A stretch of 64,000 bases of DNA. Origin: Amoebidium appalachense. Lineage: Eukaryota > Protista > Ichthyosporea. Numbering within the stretch: position 1 is the stretch's first letter; every line of letters begins with the position of its first letter. This document shows positions 1 through 19,213 of the stretch, piece after piece. Both the position numbers and the translations under genes were made by a program. The DNA lies in contig CAVNZM010000013.1 in the NCBI GenBank assembly GCA_963693365.1, positions 7,872,440-7,936,439 on the forward strand, read 5' to 3'. The notes beneath the pieces are model-generated. The model did no database searches. It was not told the origin of the DNA and saw nothing but the letters and a program-made list of their open reading frames with translations.

Positions 1-1662
1 AGCAGGAGATGCTAACTGTCATACAGAGGCGCAAGGAGGAGTTGAGGGTGTGTCCTTCCACCCTTCCCTTCCCCCCCCTCCCCCCACCCCCCCCCCCCCC
101 TCCCCTTGGAACTCACCTCAATTCCCTGCCAGTCTCCTCAGGGAAAAGTTCACTTTCAATATCTTCTTTCCGATGTGTCCGGGCATGTCGTGCTTAGGGA
201 ATGGGGCATATGTTGTGTTTGTGCATACGTGGTGGTGGTGTTGGCGGGAGGGGGGGGAAGGGGGGAGGGGGGAGGGGGGAGGGGGGAAGGGGGGACAAGG
301 AGGGGGAGGCCGGGGAAGGGGGAGAGGGGCTTCGAGGAGAGGAAGGAGGGGTGACGAGGGTGGGAGGGAAATGGAGTGAAAATGGGTAGAAATTAGACCA
401 TAGTGACAAGCGATCTTTGGGTAGATCAATCCGAGACCTTGACTTTTGAGCCATGAAATGATCAGCACCCTAACCCATCCCCCCTCACCCGTTCCCCCCT
501 CCTTCTCCCCCCCCCCCTCCCCCCCCCCCCCCCCAACTTCTCCGTCCCCCCCCCCTCCCCCCCCCCCCCCCCCCCCCCCCCGCCCATCCACGGCACACCC
601 ACAGTCGGTCAAGAAGAGGCGGCCAAGTGTGGTGCCCCAGCATGCCCTGTGCCAGCCAAAGCTGCCCGTCGGGGGACAGAATGCACACTATGACGTGACC
701 ATAGCAACACGCTCCATTTACCAGGGTGAGTGCCTGCACGTGCGTATCTGCACAGCCATTGCGTGTGGCCTTGCAGTGTTATAAATCATGGTGGTGAGTT
801 GAAGGGACTTCTGACAGTAGCAGATCAACATCATAACAAGAATAACACGTTGGAATGACGTGAATAATCAATCAATCTGTGGCCTTAGGCGTTCAGACCC
901 ACTGAGCCAAGCACTCACATATGTTGGTCCCACATTGCGTGCTTTCTTACACACAAGCACTTATGCCCCCCCCCTTCCTAGAAGCCCCGTCTCCTGAGTT
1001 CCTATCTATATTTTTCTTGCTTCTGCTTACTGCTGCAACTTTAATTCCCGGCCTTTCCCACTGCCCTTGCCTGCATAAGCAACCCTGCTCGTCTCTGATC
1101 AAGACGGGTGACCTACCCATGTTCAAGTGAAACAGTATCTGAGTTGGGAGGTGAATAGGTCGAAACTCGGGTACTCTGGATGACGTTCCCCCCCCCCCCG
1201 ACAATGGGCTCTACTTATTATGCATACTCTTTATGTATGGCTTGCATTCTGCATCGTGTTATCCGTTTTGTTTTTGTGTACTTCGTACTTTTTGACGCAT
1301 TCAAACCCAACCCCCCCCCCCCCCAAAAAAAAAGAAGAAAAAAAAAGGGGGGGCCGGGTGTGTTGTGGATGACTTGTGGCCTTCACAAGGATATGCTACA
1401 CTTCTGCTGCATGCTCTTTGTGCAGTTTATTTTTTGTGTGTCTGCAACTCTGAATGGCTTTTCTGGTTGTGAAATTAGGCTTCGTATAGTCTGCCGTCTG
1501 CCGCTTGCCCATGCATGCAGATGCCTAGACCCAAAAACATGCCAAACTCCACAAGTGCACATGCCCGTACACCCTGTGCACATGCACAAGGCCACATGCA
1601 CAGGCTCCGTGTCACGTGCCTGCAGGGGCCCACACACACATGCACAAGCACATACACGGATG

Positions 1663-1721
<59 letters not shown>

Positions 1722-1974
1722 ACACACACACACGCACATACGCACAAACAGACACACACAAATCAATGTGGCACAAATACACAAATGCACAACTGACACA
1801 CATTCGCACATTCACGCACGCACACACACACACACAAACGCACATACACACACACCGTACACACACACACACACAGCACACAGCACACACACAGCACACA
1901 CACAGCACACAGCACACACACAGCACACAGCACACACACTCCGTATGCACGCACACACTCGCACACAGACACAC

Positions 1975-2061
<87 letters not shown>

Positions 2062-2959
2062 ACAGAAAATCTGCAACCAGGGCAGTACAAGTATATGCCT
2101 GATGCCATGGCCTACCCCGAGCTGTGTGTCAACCAGGCTGCCCTGCTCGGTGGCAAAACGCCACGGTGTGTCTGGCGTATTCAGATTGGTGGATATTGGA
2201 AGGAGACAGAGAGTGGGGTTGCCATATGTTAGTGTGAAGGGCTATTGGGGGTGGGGGTGGGGGGGGGGGAGGGGAAGAAGGAGGGGAAGGGGGGAGAGGG
2301 GAGTTGAGGGCGCAGGGGGGGGGAGGGGGGGGGGGGGGGGGGGGGGATGGGTATGTGAAGGAGGATAGGGAGTGGGGAGGGTGGGGAGGTTGTATTGAGA
2401 TAGGGAGAGGAGGAAGGAAGGTGACTACGGAGAGTTAGTGGAACCAATGCCCTCAAGTTTACCCTTACATGTACGGTAGTGTCTGTGCTCTGTATGCCCT
2501 TGTTTGGTCTTTTGTGTGGTTTATTGCTCCCGAACTTGGACCTCCCCTACCCTGCACCTCTCCCTCCCTCGACCCCACCAATTGTCTCCTCACGTGGCTT
2601 TATGCACATCGACACATGAGCTACAGTGCTGTCCTGACTCTATTTCATTTAGGTTGGTTTGTTCTTTGGTCCGCTGAGACTCGACACACTGTTTCCTTTT
2701 GGTCATAACCACTACCCTAAGATACAATGCACTCACACGGCAACAAAGACCATTATACACATGCACACCCGTGAACCCCCCTCCCCTTCCCCCCATCACA
2801 CACACACACACTCACCGCCACTCACAGCCCACCCAACCACCACCCCACCCCGTTCCCCACCTTAGAATCTGCTTTGCTCATGAACACATTCTTTGTGTAT
2901 GCTTTATCATAACTTGCATTTGCACTTTTCACACTGTTTCGCATGCTAATTCTCCCCCT

Positions 2960-2996
<37 letters not shown>

Positions 2997-3863
2997 ACAC
3001 ACACACTTTCCCCTCCCTCCAGGCCCCTGCCTGCGATGCAGCCATCAGGCCCACTGGTACGGCCAGGCACCGAGACCGAGGTGACTCTCAAGAGGGCCTC
3101 TATCCCCTCCTCTTATGCTGCCCCCGTGTCGGCAGCACAGGCTCTGGGCAGCAGCCGCCTCTCGGGTATAACACCCCCCCCCCCCCCCCCCCCCCCCTCC
3201 TCCCCCTTTCCTTTTTTTTTTCCTTCATCATCCCTGCCCTGCTTTTGCCATGCATGAAATGGGCCAAATTTCAACGAAACACTGCCAATACTGTACATGA
3301 CTGGTCTCTCCCACCTAGCTGATCAGAATATTACTCTACCCAAAGTACTGCTGTCGTCAAACTTTGTTTGCTCTGGCAATATCCGTATCTTCGTATTATC
3401 CACCTATTGATCACGAGGGTGGTCCACGGTAATGTAGCATACATGACCCGTGCAGACCGACCCAATGTTCGTTTACATGGTGCATCAGAAAATGCTACGT
3501 TTCACTGTCCGGCTGCCGTTATGATATATATATATTCCCCTATATATATTCCCATGTTGGGAGTGGCGAGGGTCACATGGTGACTTCTTTAATCTCGTGG
3601 TGTCCTGCGCAGGTATCGACCAGAGACGCAGCAGCAAAGCTTTCCCTGACCCCTTCTCCCGCCTGACCCTCCCGCCCGCCCCACCACCGCCCCCGCATAA
3701 GTATGTGGATGCTTCCCCCCCCCCCCCCCCCCCCCCCCCCGGCCCCCCTCTCTCCCTGCCTCCCTCCCACTCCAAACCATCACAAACACAGACCCCCCCC
3801 CCCCCCCCCCTCACACACACATGTTTCATGATGCCTAAATACACACTTCCACTTGATACCCTT

Positions 3864-3901
<38 letters not shown>

Positions 3902-4335
3902 ACACTCAACCCGTGTTACCCATGCAACCTTCCGAGGAATTGTGACAGGGAGGAAGGAGGGGAGTGGAGAGGGAGAAAACATGGGAGGGAAGGGAGGGCC
4001 TGAGAAATGAGGGCAGCGAAGATCGAGCAACACTTTTGACTTTCGTTTTCATATCTCTAACATAACGATGAACTGATCATCGCACAGGGACACACGAAAA
4101 ATAGCACTAGAAAGACAACAACAGGCTGTTGACGAAGCGCAGACGCGACTGAGCCGATTGGGGCTCAACCACACACCCAAGCACCCTCGCAGTTCGCCAT
4201 GTTCGGATCACACCGTGGCTGAGTTGTTAGCACGCAGGGCAGCAGTGGAGTACTCGTATGGGGACGAGGAGGGGGAGGACGAAACTGAGGAACAGAGGGA
4301 GCAGGTGTGTATCTGTATCAGTAGCTCCTGTTGAA

Positions 4336-4392
<57 letters not shown>

Positions 4393-4813
4393 GCGTGTGC
4401 GTGCGTGTGCGCGCGCAGCGCGTGCACATGCTTATTAAGTGTACGATAGACTAGGGAGGTGCAATGCCATTAATGTGCGCAATGGGGTAGGTGTGTATGT
4501 GTACCAATAGCTCCTGTTGAGAGGGTGTGTGTGTGTGCGTGCGTGTGTGTGCGTGTGTGCGTGTGTGTGTGTGTGTGTTCACAGGCTTATTTGGTGTGTA
4601 TGATAGACTACGGATGTGCATGCATGTGTGCGCGATGGGGTAGGGCGGTCATCGTGGAGTTGGGCTCCATTGAAACTTCCGCAACGCATGTCAGAGTGCT
4701 GGAAACTTCAAATAGAATCCACCCGGCCGAAAATGAGGTGTTTCTCGAAAGGCAGTTGAGGCGTATGCAACACCGGCTAGATAAGCGTGTGCTCCTTGTC
4801 ACAGGTCTGGTGA
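1..4813 (+). CDS. 3' part of a spliced WAVE/SCAR-like actin nucleation-promoting factor (WH2-like motif, Pro-rich segment, central-acidic tail)
   Basis: Phase-compatible GT-AG exons <1-47, 605-725, 2066-2165, 3023-3165, 3613-3700, 4088-4304, 4805-4813. Spliced product has [16 protein letters not shown] (WH2-like), PPAPPPPP and [33 protein letters not shown], resembling the WAVE C-terminus ATILSRRIAVEYSD..DW. Confidence 0.65.
1076..1305 (+). repeat. ~230-bp dispersed structured repeat, copy 1 (intronic)
   Basis: TAAGCAACCCTGCTCGTCTCTGATCAAGACGGG...GACGCATTCAAA is nearly identical to 11692-11928. Confidence 0.85.
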
Positions 4814-5809
4814 TCGATTTTCAGTGTAAAGCCCCAGAAAGCAGCACCCGGACTATCCTATAGGGGCCATGGGTGATAGTGGTGGTGGTGGTTGTGGTGG
4901 TTTCCCGAGAGAGAGGGGGGGGAAGGGAGTTCAGGAAACTTCACGAACTCTAACATCGGTGCATCAGGCAGACATGTACTGTACCAAAGCTCCTTCCCCT
5001 TTGCTGACACTGGGCTTTTGTTTTGTCGCAGACGCTCAGCTCTGCTTGCGGTTGACCGCTGCTGACGGTTGCCCGATGTGTCTTTGGCCCAATCGCTGAG
5101 GTTCTTTGCACTCGGTTGAGGCTCACGCACTGAGCCGCTTGATAGGAGCCAATAACATAAATTATAATGAAGCGTTTGTAAGCGATTGATCGAATGAATA
5201 ACGAATAAGATGTAACGGATTTTATCGATTAGAATATAAAAGGTAGATAAGATGTTTTGTTCTGATGTTATTAGGCTGCACTACGGCACTCGCCCGTAGG
5301 CACTTGATGGCGAGGGCTCGTTTTATGTTTCCGGGCGGAGTTCGTTCTGTTATGAACAATTTTATGCTTTCGCGTTAGTCTGAGGGAAGTTCCAGTGTAG
5401 TTACTGTAGTACAGTAGAAACTTGTCAGTTGTAACCATACTTAGAATATAGCTAGCTTTGAACACTTCTGTCAATTTCACCTGAAGTTTTCTCTCCCTCT
5501 CTTGCTAGTTTTCAGGTAGCGGTAACGCGAGAAGGCCTGGGTGGGGCATACTAGTTGTTCACTTGCACCGACTGACTGAGCTGTTTTCGAGGCTACTCAT
5601 TCTGTGCTTGGGTTCATGAGTGGCAATTGCCAACAAACTAGTGCTAATAAAACGTGCATGATCCTCGGCCGTAAACGGCCCTATACTATAAAGTAAAGAA
5701 GCATAGTAGTTTGGAAGACCATAAACTAGACTGTCTCCGCCAACTGAATTAATTGGTGGTCGTTCTTAAATCTTCTTTCCTTTCTGGGCCAACATACACA
5801 TACAACAAG

Positions 5810-10744
<4,935 letters not shown>

Positions 10745-11254
10745 GGTCCCCCCCCCTCCCCCTCCCCCCTAAATCACACAACACACACAGCAACATCGGA
10801 GTTTGGTTTTGCGGGCAAGGTGATTGGTCGAACCTCCTGCTTGCTGTTCCTGAAGACGGGCTTCTCTGTTGCATACGTGATCATTTTCACCAACCTGCCA
10901 AAGTTTCGCTGCAAATCTGTGTACTTGAAGTAGTATAACTTTATAAAGTCGTTATAACACAACCCCCCCTCTCCCCGTCCTTTTAGTCGGATATTGTTGG
11001 ATACTACCGTGCACTTTTTTGCTTCCCTATAGTCCTTTAAGCACCATTTCTTCCCCATGGGCATTTTCCTGTGAAATACTTTCCTCCTACTCCCATCCAT
11101 CCATCAAATTGCTTTCTCTCCCCCCCCCCCCCCCCCCCCCCCCCATGTTTCAGGGGTGGCCCCATCTATTCTATTGCACCTATTAAATGCGCCCACCCTC
11201 AGCTACTATAATCATTACTCTAGCCCCCCCTCCCCCGCGCTTTTCAACCACCAT

Positions 11255-11342
<88 letters not shown>

Positions 11343-11406
11343 CGCTCCTGTGGTCACTTTTCTTGGTCCGTGTGGCATTGTGCATCTTGCAGGATTCCAA
11401 TCAGCA

Positions 11407-11444
<38 letters not shown>

Positions 11445-11473
11445 CCTCCCCCACCCCCGGCAGCCCAATCCCC

Positions 11474-11643
11474 TTGGGTTTCGTTAACGAGGGGAATAGG
11501 TCGAAACTCGGGTACTGTGGATGACGTGGGCCCCCCCTGAGGATGGGCTCTGCTTATTATGCATACTCTTTATGTATGGCTTGCATTCTGCATCGTGTTA
11601 TCCGTTTGTTCTTGTGTACTTCGTACTTTTTGACGCATTCAAA
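11474..11643 (+). repeat. Dispersed structured repeat, copy 2 (5'-truncated)
   Basis: TTGGGTTTCGTTAACGAG...GACGCATTCAAA matches the 3' part of copies 1 and 3. Confidence 0.85.
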
Positions 11644-11691
11644 ACCCCCCACCCCACCCCCCTCTCCCCCGCCCCCGGGGGCCCGATCCCC

Positions 11692-11928
11692 TAAGTAACC
11701 CTGCTCGTCTCTGATCAAGACGGGTGACTTACCCATGTGTAAATGAAACAGTCTCTGAGTTGGGTTTCGTTAACGAGATGAATAGGTCGAAACTCGGGTA
11801 CTGTGGATGACGTGGGCCCTCCCTGAGGATGGGCTCTGCTTATTATGCATACTCTTTATGTATGGTTTGCATTCTGCATCGTGTTATCCGTTGTTCTTGT
11901 GTATTTCGTACTTTATGACGCATTCAAA
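11692..11928 (+). repeat. Dispersed structured repeat, copy 3
   Basis: Near-identical to 1076-1305; same 3' end GCATTCAAA followed by a C tract. Confidence 0.85.
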
Positions 11929-12289
11929 CCCCCCCCCCCCCCCCCCCCCCCCCCCCACACACACACACAAAAAAAAAAGGGGGGGGGGTGGGGGGGGTGT
12001 TTTGTCTATATTGCGTATTGGTGGGTGGGCGTTTTGACTAAGTTTTTGAACATGGGTGCCTTCGGCTTTTACGTTGTGTGGCGCATATGGTGCGTGATGG
12101 TGTGCATTTAGGGTGTGCATGAAACGGAGTGCGGAAAGAGGACGGGGGGTTGGGGGGTTGGGGGGGGGGGGGGGGGCATCCACTAACGTGAGCATGCCAA
12201 AACCCACACACGCACACACGCACACACACACGCACACACACACATACACACGTGCACACAAATTCACACGCACACACGTACATGTCACG

Positions 12290-12344
<55 letters not shown>

Positions 12345-13354
12345 CCAGTGTCTTTTGCGGCTTGTCGAGGTAGAGCTGCAGCACCACATGCATATGATTC
12401 CTGGTTGATAGGCTGCAATTTGCGAACATGTCATGTGTGGAGTGTTCACAAATAATTGCAGATATATATAGTGTAGATAGCGCTCGCGAAAATGAGAAAA
12501 TAGACTCGAGTTGGAGTCGTAAAATCCGATGATAGTGTGGATAATAATGATGCTTTCGCTTTGCCTTTTTAGGGTGGTTGTTAGTGCTCGAGTCTTCAAT
12601 ACGCACATGTAAGGTTTGATTATGCTCTGTGGTTGTTGCCATTGGGTTTGCTTTATACGCCTTTTTGCCATTTGTAGCTCAAGTATGCATGTGCTGTGTG
12701 GTTCCCATAGTGTAGGTTCCCCTTTATTGTGAACCACATTTCGATTTTCTGTTATGTTACATCGCCTTCGCCTCACTTGTGCCTCTCACCCTTTGTCTCC
12801 CCTTCACATCATACATAATTACTAACGGTTTGTTTTTTTTTGGAGTTTGGGCAAAACTCTTTTAGACATACCGCCATGACTGTACCACACTGGTTGTACT
12901 GGGATAGGGCCGGCCTTCACGGGTTTGATACTGAGTGACTTGAACTAGTATTGTAGGTGTGAAACGGTCGATTCGATATGTGTCAGGTACATGCTAAAAT
13001 TACATCAATAATAAAGAATAATAATACAGAATATTTTGTGATATTCCTACTCCTTTGGCCACCACAGGCTTTACAATCACTTCTCTGAAGTCCCTCGATC
13101 AGATGCCGAGTCGGAAGAAAGCCCTTACTTGCCTTATATGGATACTCCGTTTGCCTGAAAAGGCCAATCTAAAGCAATCAGATCGGACTCTCGCGAGCCC
13201 CGGAACTCGTTTGTGATCATGACTTTTTCCAACTTGTTTGATCTCTTGCAGGTTGAAGGATTTCATTTTGAGCTTGCACCATACACAGCCGTCAATTTTT
13301 TTTTTTTCATAAGGCTCGCATCAAGCATAGTCGTTAATTAGAACCAACCGCAAC

Positions 13355-15107
13355 ATGATGGAAGAGATGGACATCCAAGACGAACCCACAAAGCCTCGCC
13401 CACCACAACAACGCCCCAAGGCAAACAGCAGAGAAAAGACCCCACCACCACCAGCCAAGCGCTCAAGTTCTGTGCCATCCACCCCCACCACTACTGCTAA
13501 GGCCCCGACCACCCCCACCACTACTGCTAAGGCCCCGACCACACAGGCAGCCACGGGGGGTGAAAGCCGGAGGGGGCGGTGGCAGTTTCACCTCACCAGG
13601 TCAAGATCAACTGACCGACCAAGACTGTGCGTGTCTCCCCCCCTCCTCCCCCCCCTCCCCTCCCCCCTCTCTCGCGCCCCCCCCCCCCCTCGTCTGTCTC
13701 CCCCTCACATCTGCACCTCATCCCTGCACCATGTTCAAGTTATGTGCTTCTTGATAGGAGTGTTCATTTGCAACGTTTCCTAACTCTGTGTTTGCACTTC
13801 GTCGTGTGCTGTTGCACATCTCACTTAGTTTTTCTCCTACTCTCCTCCCCCACTCCCCCTCGGTAGAAGCTGTGTGCACACGTCCATAGCTTTGTGTTCA
13901 CACCAACCGTGCATAGCTTGTAAAAAAGCACATAAAGCACATACTAGCTTATGATCACATGTCTACTCACACTGCACAAGGACATCACATCTACAGCAAT
14001 TGTCCACTCACTCTCCCTGCCACCCATGCACACACACACACACACACTGTCCTGTGTTGCCCATGGGTGTGCTGGGACATTTCTCCTTTCCCATTTTTCC
14101 TTCACTTCTTTCCTGGGCGCACCTCACATAGGCCTGCTGGTGTTTTTGACGACACTCTCTTTATCTTCCTTATGTCCCCCCCTTTTCCTCCCCGTCAGAT
14201 ATACGCCGCTGCCCAGGACAAGAAGGACCTACTTTAGTGGTGGGGGAAGAGCGCGCACCATGGGGGAAGGGGGGAGGGGGGGGAAGGGGGGAGCAGGGAG
14301 GGGAGCGGTTATGGGGATGCAGAGGGGGGGGGGGGGGGGGGGGGGGAGTTATCATGGTGGCAACAGGTGACCACACAGAGCAGTGCATAGGGTTCAGTTG
14401 GCTGGTAAAAGCAGCAATATGCACAGAAAGTAGGACCATGGAGCGGTCCGTCCTCAACCAATTTAAGTTGATGCTTATACTGCCACTGCCAGCCCCTCCC
14501 TGCCTGTATCCCTGTGTTGCAGCACAGCACCCACCATCTTCTGTGTGCTGTTGGTTGATTGGTTGGTAAAGGTACCGGGCGGGTGGAGGTGTTGCAGTAC
14601 ACTGCAGCAGGAAGGAGAGATGGTGTGTTCTTCGTTGTAAAAGTTCAGGTGAATACTTTATGTGAGCCGATTTTTGTTTTTTTCTTTTGGGGGGGACGGA
14701 GATGGGAGGGGGGGGGGGGGGGGGGGGGGGGGGAGGGGGGAAGGGGAAGGCAAAAGGATACGTCTGATATGTGTGTTGCTGGGCACAGGGCTAAGGACGA
14801 TGGCAGCGAGAAGAAGGCCACGTGGATTGAGCTGCAGGAGGAGGGCCTGCCAGCCAATGGCATGGAGGCACAGTCACGTGACATGGCCACACCCACCCAG
14901 CACCGCCGCATGTTGGAGTTGGAGCTGGAGGTGGAGGTAGTAATCCCTCCCCCTCCCGGCCCCGCCCCCGCCGCTCCTAGGCCTCCCCCCCAACACCCCC
15001 TTCAACGCCACCACCACCACCACAACTACAACCACCACATTTACCACTATCTAGAGAAAAGCCTTAAGGACCAAAAAAAAAAAAAAAAAAAAAAAAGGTG
15101 GGGGGAA

Positions 15108-15143
<36 letters not shown>

Positions 15144-15200
15144 TAGGAAGAAAATGGAATGGAATGGAATGGAAAGAATATAAGAAAGTGTTCTGATTAG

Positions 15201-15235
<35 letters not shown>

Positions 15236-15843
15236 ACAAAAAAAAAAAAAAAAAAAAAAAAAAACCCTTTTCCGGGTACAAAGCTAAAGAAGGAGGAGGA
15301 GGAGGAGGAGGGAGTGAGTGAGAGGAGGGGGGGGAGGGGGGGGGGGAGGTAAAGAATACACTTCAAGCACACACAGACAGATATGCATACGCACGCAAAC
15401 ACAGACACACAATCTCTAACATACGAGCACACGCACACTCTCTCAAGGACACACAAACACCAACACAAACACACATCCACACACACACACATACGCGCAA
15501 CCACAACATTCTAACACTCCCTCCCCCCTGCTCCCCGCCGTCCGTGCAGGTGTGGCGATGGTTGGTGTGGCACTCATCCGGCAAAGTTGAGCGAACCATG
15601 ACATCTAGCCAATTAGAAAATAGAGTTAAAGAAATGGCAGCCGATTTAGGCATGGAAGACGACCATGTGCACTCGTGCCTGCCACTTATGATGTTGCGCT
15701 TTAAGGAGTTTCCGTCATTAAAGCACCACCAAATAGCACGCACCCCTTTACCACCCCCACCGTTACGACCGCCACCTACTCCTGTTTTGGACCAATCCGA
15801 ATCGAGATCAGCAGAGTGTAAATGCCCCCTCCCCCCTCCCTCC

Positions 15844-15877
<34 letters not shown>

Positions 15878-17779
15878 CCCCCTCCTCCCCTTCCCCACCC
15901 CCCTCCCCCCCTCTCCCAAGCACATCCACGCACAGAGATGCCACTCCATCCACTCTCTTTTCAGCATGCCCTATTTCAGCACATCCACTGACCTGTTGGG
16001 AGCTTGCTCATGTCTGCGTGGGAAGAAGGTGTGATTTGGCGTAGTAACTTGCTCACTCGTGTGCATAAGCAGAGATTTCCAGCTATAATTATCTTTAGAT
16101 TGTACTGCTGAGGCATAGACATAATGGGGATGTTGTGCAGATATGATTGGGTATGTATAGATATAAATGGATATTCGTAACTCTCAATGTGTGTGGATTA
16201 GGAGTAGCTATAAATGGGTATTTGTAACTCTCAATGTGTGTGTGGATTAGGAGTAGCTATAAATGGGTACAGGCATATCCGTGAAACGCAACAGAGTTTC
16301 ACGTTTCTCATGATCAGGTTCTGAATAATGACCCCCCCCCCCCCCCCCTCCTCTCCCCCCCTGACCTGCCCTTCCCTCCCTGTACACATGCACACGTACA
16401 CACACACATACACACACAACCAAACACACGCATGTGTGTGTGTGCGCACACAGACACACACGCACACAAAAACACACACACACACACACACACAGCATCC
16501 AGACCATCATCACCAGGCCCACTCATGGACCTGACATACTTCACGGCACCCAGTGAGTACGTGTGTGATCGGTTCACCATCCGATTACTGCGATTGGGCG
16601 ATGGTCATGCGCTGGATGAGGCCATCACTAGCTCCTACAACCACCTTAAATCTTTCATGCCCTGGGCGTCCCCAACACCTGACGTGCCCAAAAGGTGTGT
16701 CTTTAACGCTTGGCCCAAATGTACAAAGAGTATATTCTAAATTTTAATGACTGCTATTGGTGTTTGAAGTTACCAAGCGACTTGCAAGGTTACTGAGGTC
16801 GTATCTATTGTTGTTTAAAGGCACGTCATACGACTGAAGAGCTAAACAAATCTCATGGTCATTTGAGGACATTTGGGGTATAGGGTGCGGGTGGCGTGGT
16901 CGGAAGGGGGGGGTTTGGTGGTGAAGGGTGACTTTTCTCCCTACCCCTTGACTATCTCACACAATGCCCGATGATAGACGTACTTATACTGTGGTGTATA
17001 GCTTCCCTACCTACCTCACGTTGTCATATTCCAGATGTATAGCTCAAACACCCCCCTATCTCATTCAGCGGGGTTCTAAAATAATATATGGCACCCACCA
17101 TTACCTCACTAATAGTCATCTCTTCTACCCTCCTCATCCTAACTTCCCCCCCCCCCCCCCCCCCCCTTTTCCTCCCACCCCTCCCACGGGGCCCTCCTCC
17201 ATCTTTCTCCCCCTTTTACATGGGGCCACCCTCTCTGACCGTGTGTCTTTACTTCCCAGAGAGATGTACGTGCGCACGTGCATAGCAGCCCAGCTGACCA
17301 ACAGAGACTATGCCATGCTGGTGGTGAGCTCTGATGGCGCCACCGTGCTGGGGGGCAGTGGCTTCCACATGCACATGCACGGCCTGACATTGGACCAGCG
17401 AATCGCAGAGGTCTGAAACCCCCCCCCCCCCCTTCCCCTCCCCCCTCCCCCCCCCCCCAAACCCCCAAACCCCACCCCCTTCCCCCCAAACACACATGCA
17501 TCCCCCCCTCCCCCCCCTGGGGGGGCGGTTCTTTCATGTCCGGTTGGTTTCCTCAAGTCAACCTCCGTTGCACAAAATAGGCTAAGTTTGTTGGTGGGCC
17601 TGCGCAATCGGTGTTTGCTGTGTGTCTGCACGTGGTTTTCCCCTGCATTGCTTGTGGTTGTGTTCCAGAAACTGCACGTCAAGCCTTAGCAGTACTAGGT
17701 GGGAACTGGTGTGCATTAGGCGTGTAAAGGTGTGGGGGGATGGTGTGTAGATGTAGAGTGTGCGTGTATGGTTGTATCC

Positions 17780-17843
<64 letters not shown>

Positions 17844-18757
17844 TAGGGGGTGGGAGGGGGGCGGGGGAGGGGGGGGGGGAGGGGGGGCGCTAGGAGGGAG
17901 GGGGGGGGGGGGGGGCGCGCACAGAGTGGATATGGCAGTGCTTTACTGCCCTACTAGGCCTGAGACGCAAACAAAGTGGAATCTAAAATTAGCGATTGTC
18001 ATGTATGTTGCTAGAGCGTTCAACCGCAACGTTAACGTGACTTGGTTTTACAGGTTGGGCTGTGGATACGGGAGGACCAGGCAGGCGGTGGGTTGGGCAC
18101 GGAGGTATTAGGGGTCATGGTGGCCTGGGCGTTTGGCCCTGACTGGCCCTGGGAGAGGCTACAGTACAAGTGTCTGCTGCAAAACACCGCTAGCAGGAGG
18201 GTGGGTGCCTGGGTTTTTGCCTTGTCTTGACTTCCTTTACCTCCCCCCCCCCCCCCCCCCCCCCCCTTTTCCACCACCACCACCATTATCACACCATTAC
18301 CACCACCACCACCATAAAAATTAGGAATGAAAAGGCCTTCCGGAGGGGGGGGGGGGGGGGAGGGAGGAGGGGGGGGGAAGAGAACAAAAAAGCGGCACCC
18401 CTGCCCGCCCAGCCCCTTCTCTTTATGCCATCCTCTTATATGCAGGCAGAAACCAATGATGCACCACTCTCATCCATCCATAGTGTGAAGCATTTAGCCC
18501 AAGTATCGGTGGCACAATCACTCCTCTTTCCTCCACGCTTTTTCCATACTACCAGTGAGGGTGTATGTGCGTTTAGGCCTCCCTGCAATCATGCTGCATG
18601 GTTTGTGTTGATACGACATGGAAAATGAGTGCCTATGCAAGCATGTGTTATCACAGAATGACAAACCACAGCGGTTACTTTGTGCCCGAACACATTAACC
18701 TTTGTGTGTTCCTTTCCCTCGGCATTTGTCATTGTCTTTCTGATCAACCTCCCTCCC

Positions 18758-18808
<51 letters not shown>

Positions 18809-18969
18809 ACCCACCCACCCACCCATCCACCCCCTCCCCCCTCCTCTCCTCCCCCCCCCCCCCCCCCCCCCCCCCCCCCACCACCACTATTCTTTCTTTT
18901 TCTTCGTAATCTCTTTTCCCCACCTTTTTATGTGCGTGTTTTGTTTATTATTATTATTACTACTACTAC

Positions 18970-19005
<36 letters not shown>

Positions 19006-19213
19006 TTCAGAAGTGTGCCGTGAACCCCCAGAAGGCACGTGACTCCATGTGCTCTAACACGTGTTTCTACTTGTGCAGGTTGCCGAGAAGGTCGGGTTTG
19101 TGTACGAGGGCATCAACAGGCGGGCGGTGAGAGATGTCAATGGGGCCTGGGCTGACTGCCTGAATTACTCCCTGCTAAGACATGAGTGGAAGCCATCAAA
19201 GGCCATGTTCTGA
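13355..19213 (+). CDS. Spliced protein with C-terminal RimJ/RimL-family GNAT N-acetyltransferase domain
   Basis: Phase-compatible exons 15550-15817, 16496-16694, 17260-17410, 18054-18200, 19079-19213 give [72 protein letters not shown]. 5' exons (13355-~13600, ~14199-14240, 14789-14936) are less certain. Confidence 0.8.

Noticed and set aside
1085-1190. Hammerhead ribozyme in the dispersed repeat (CTGATCA...GAAAC)
   Set aside because: CTGATCA lies in a hairpin loop and the three-stem core with CUGAnGA/GAAA/UH could not be assembled.
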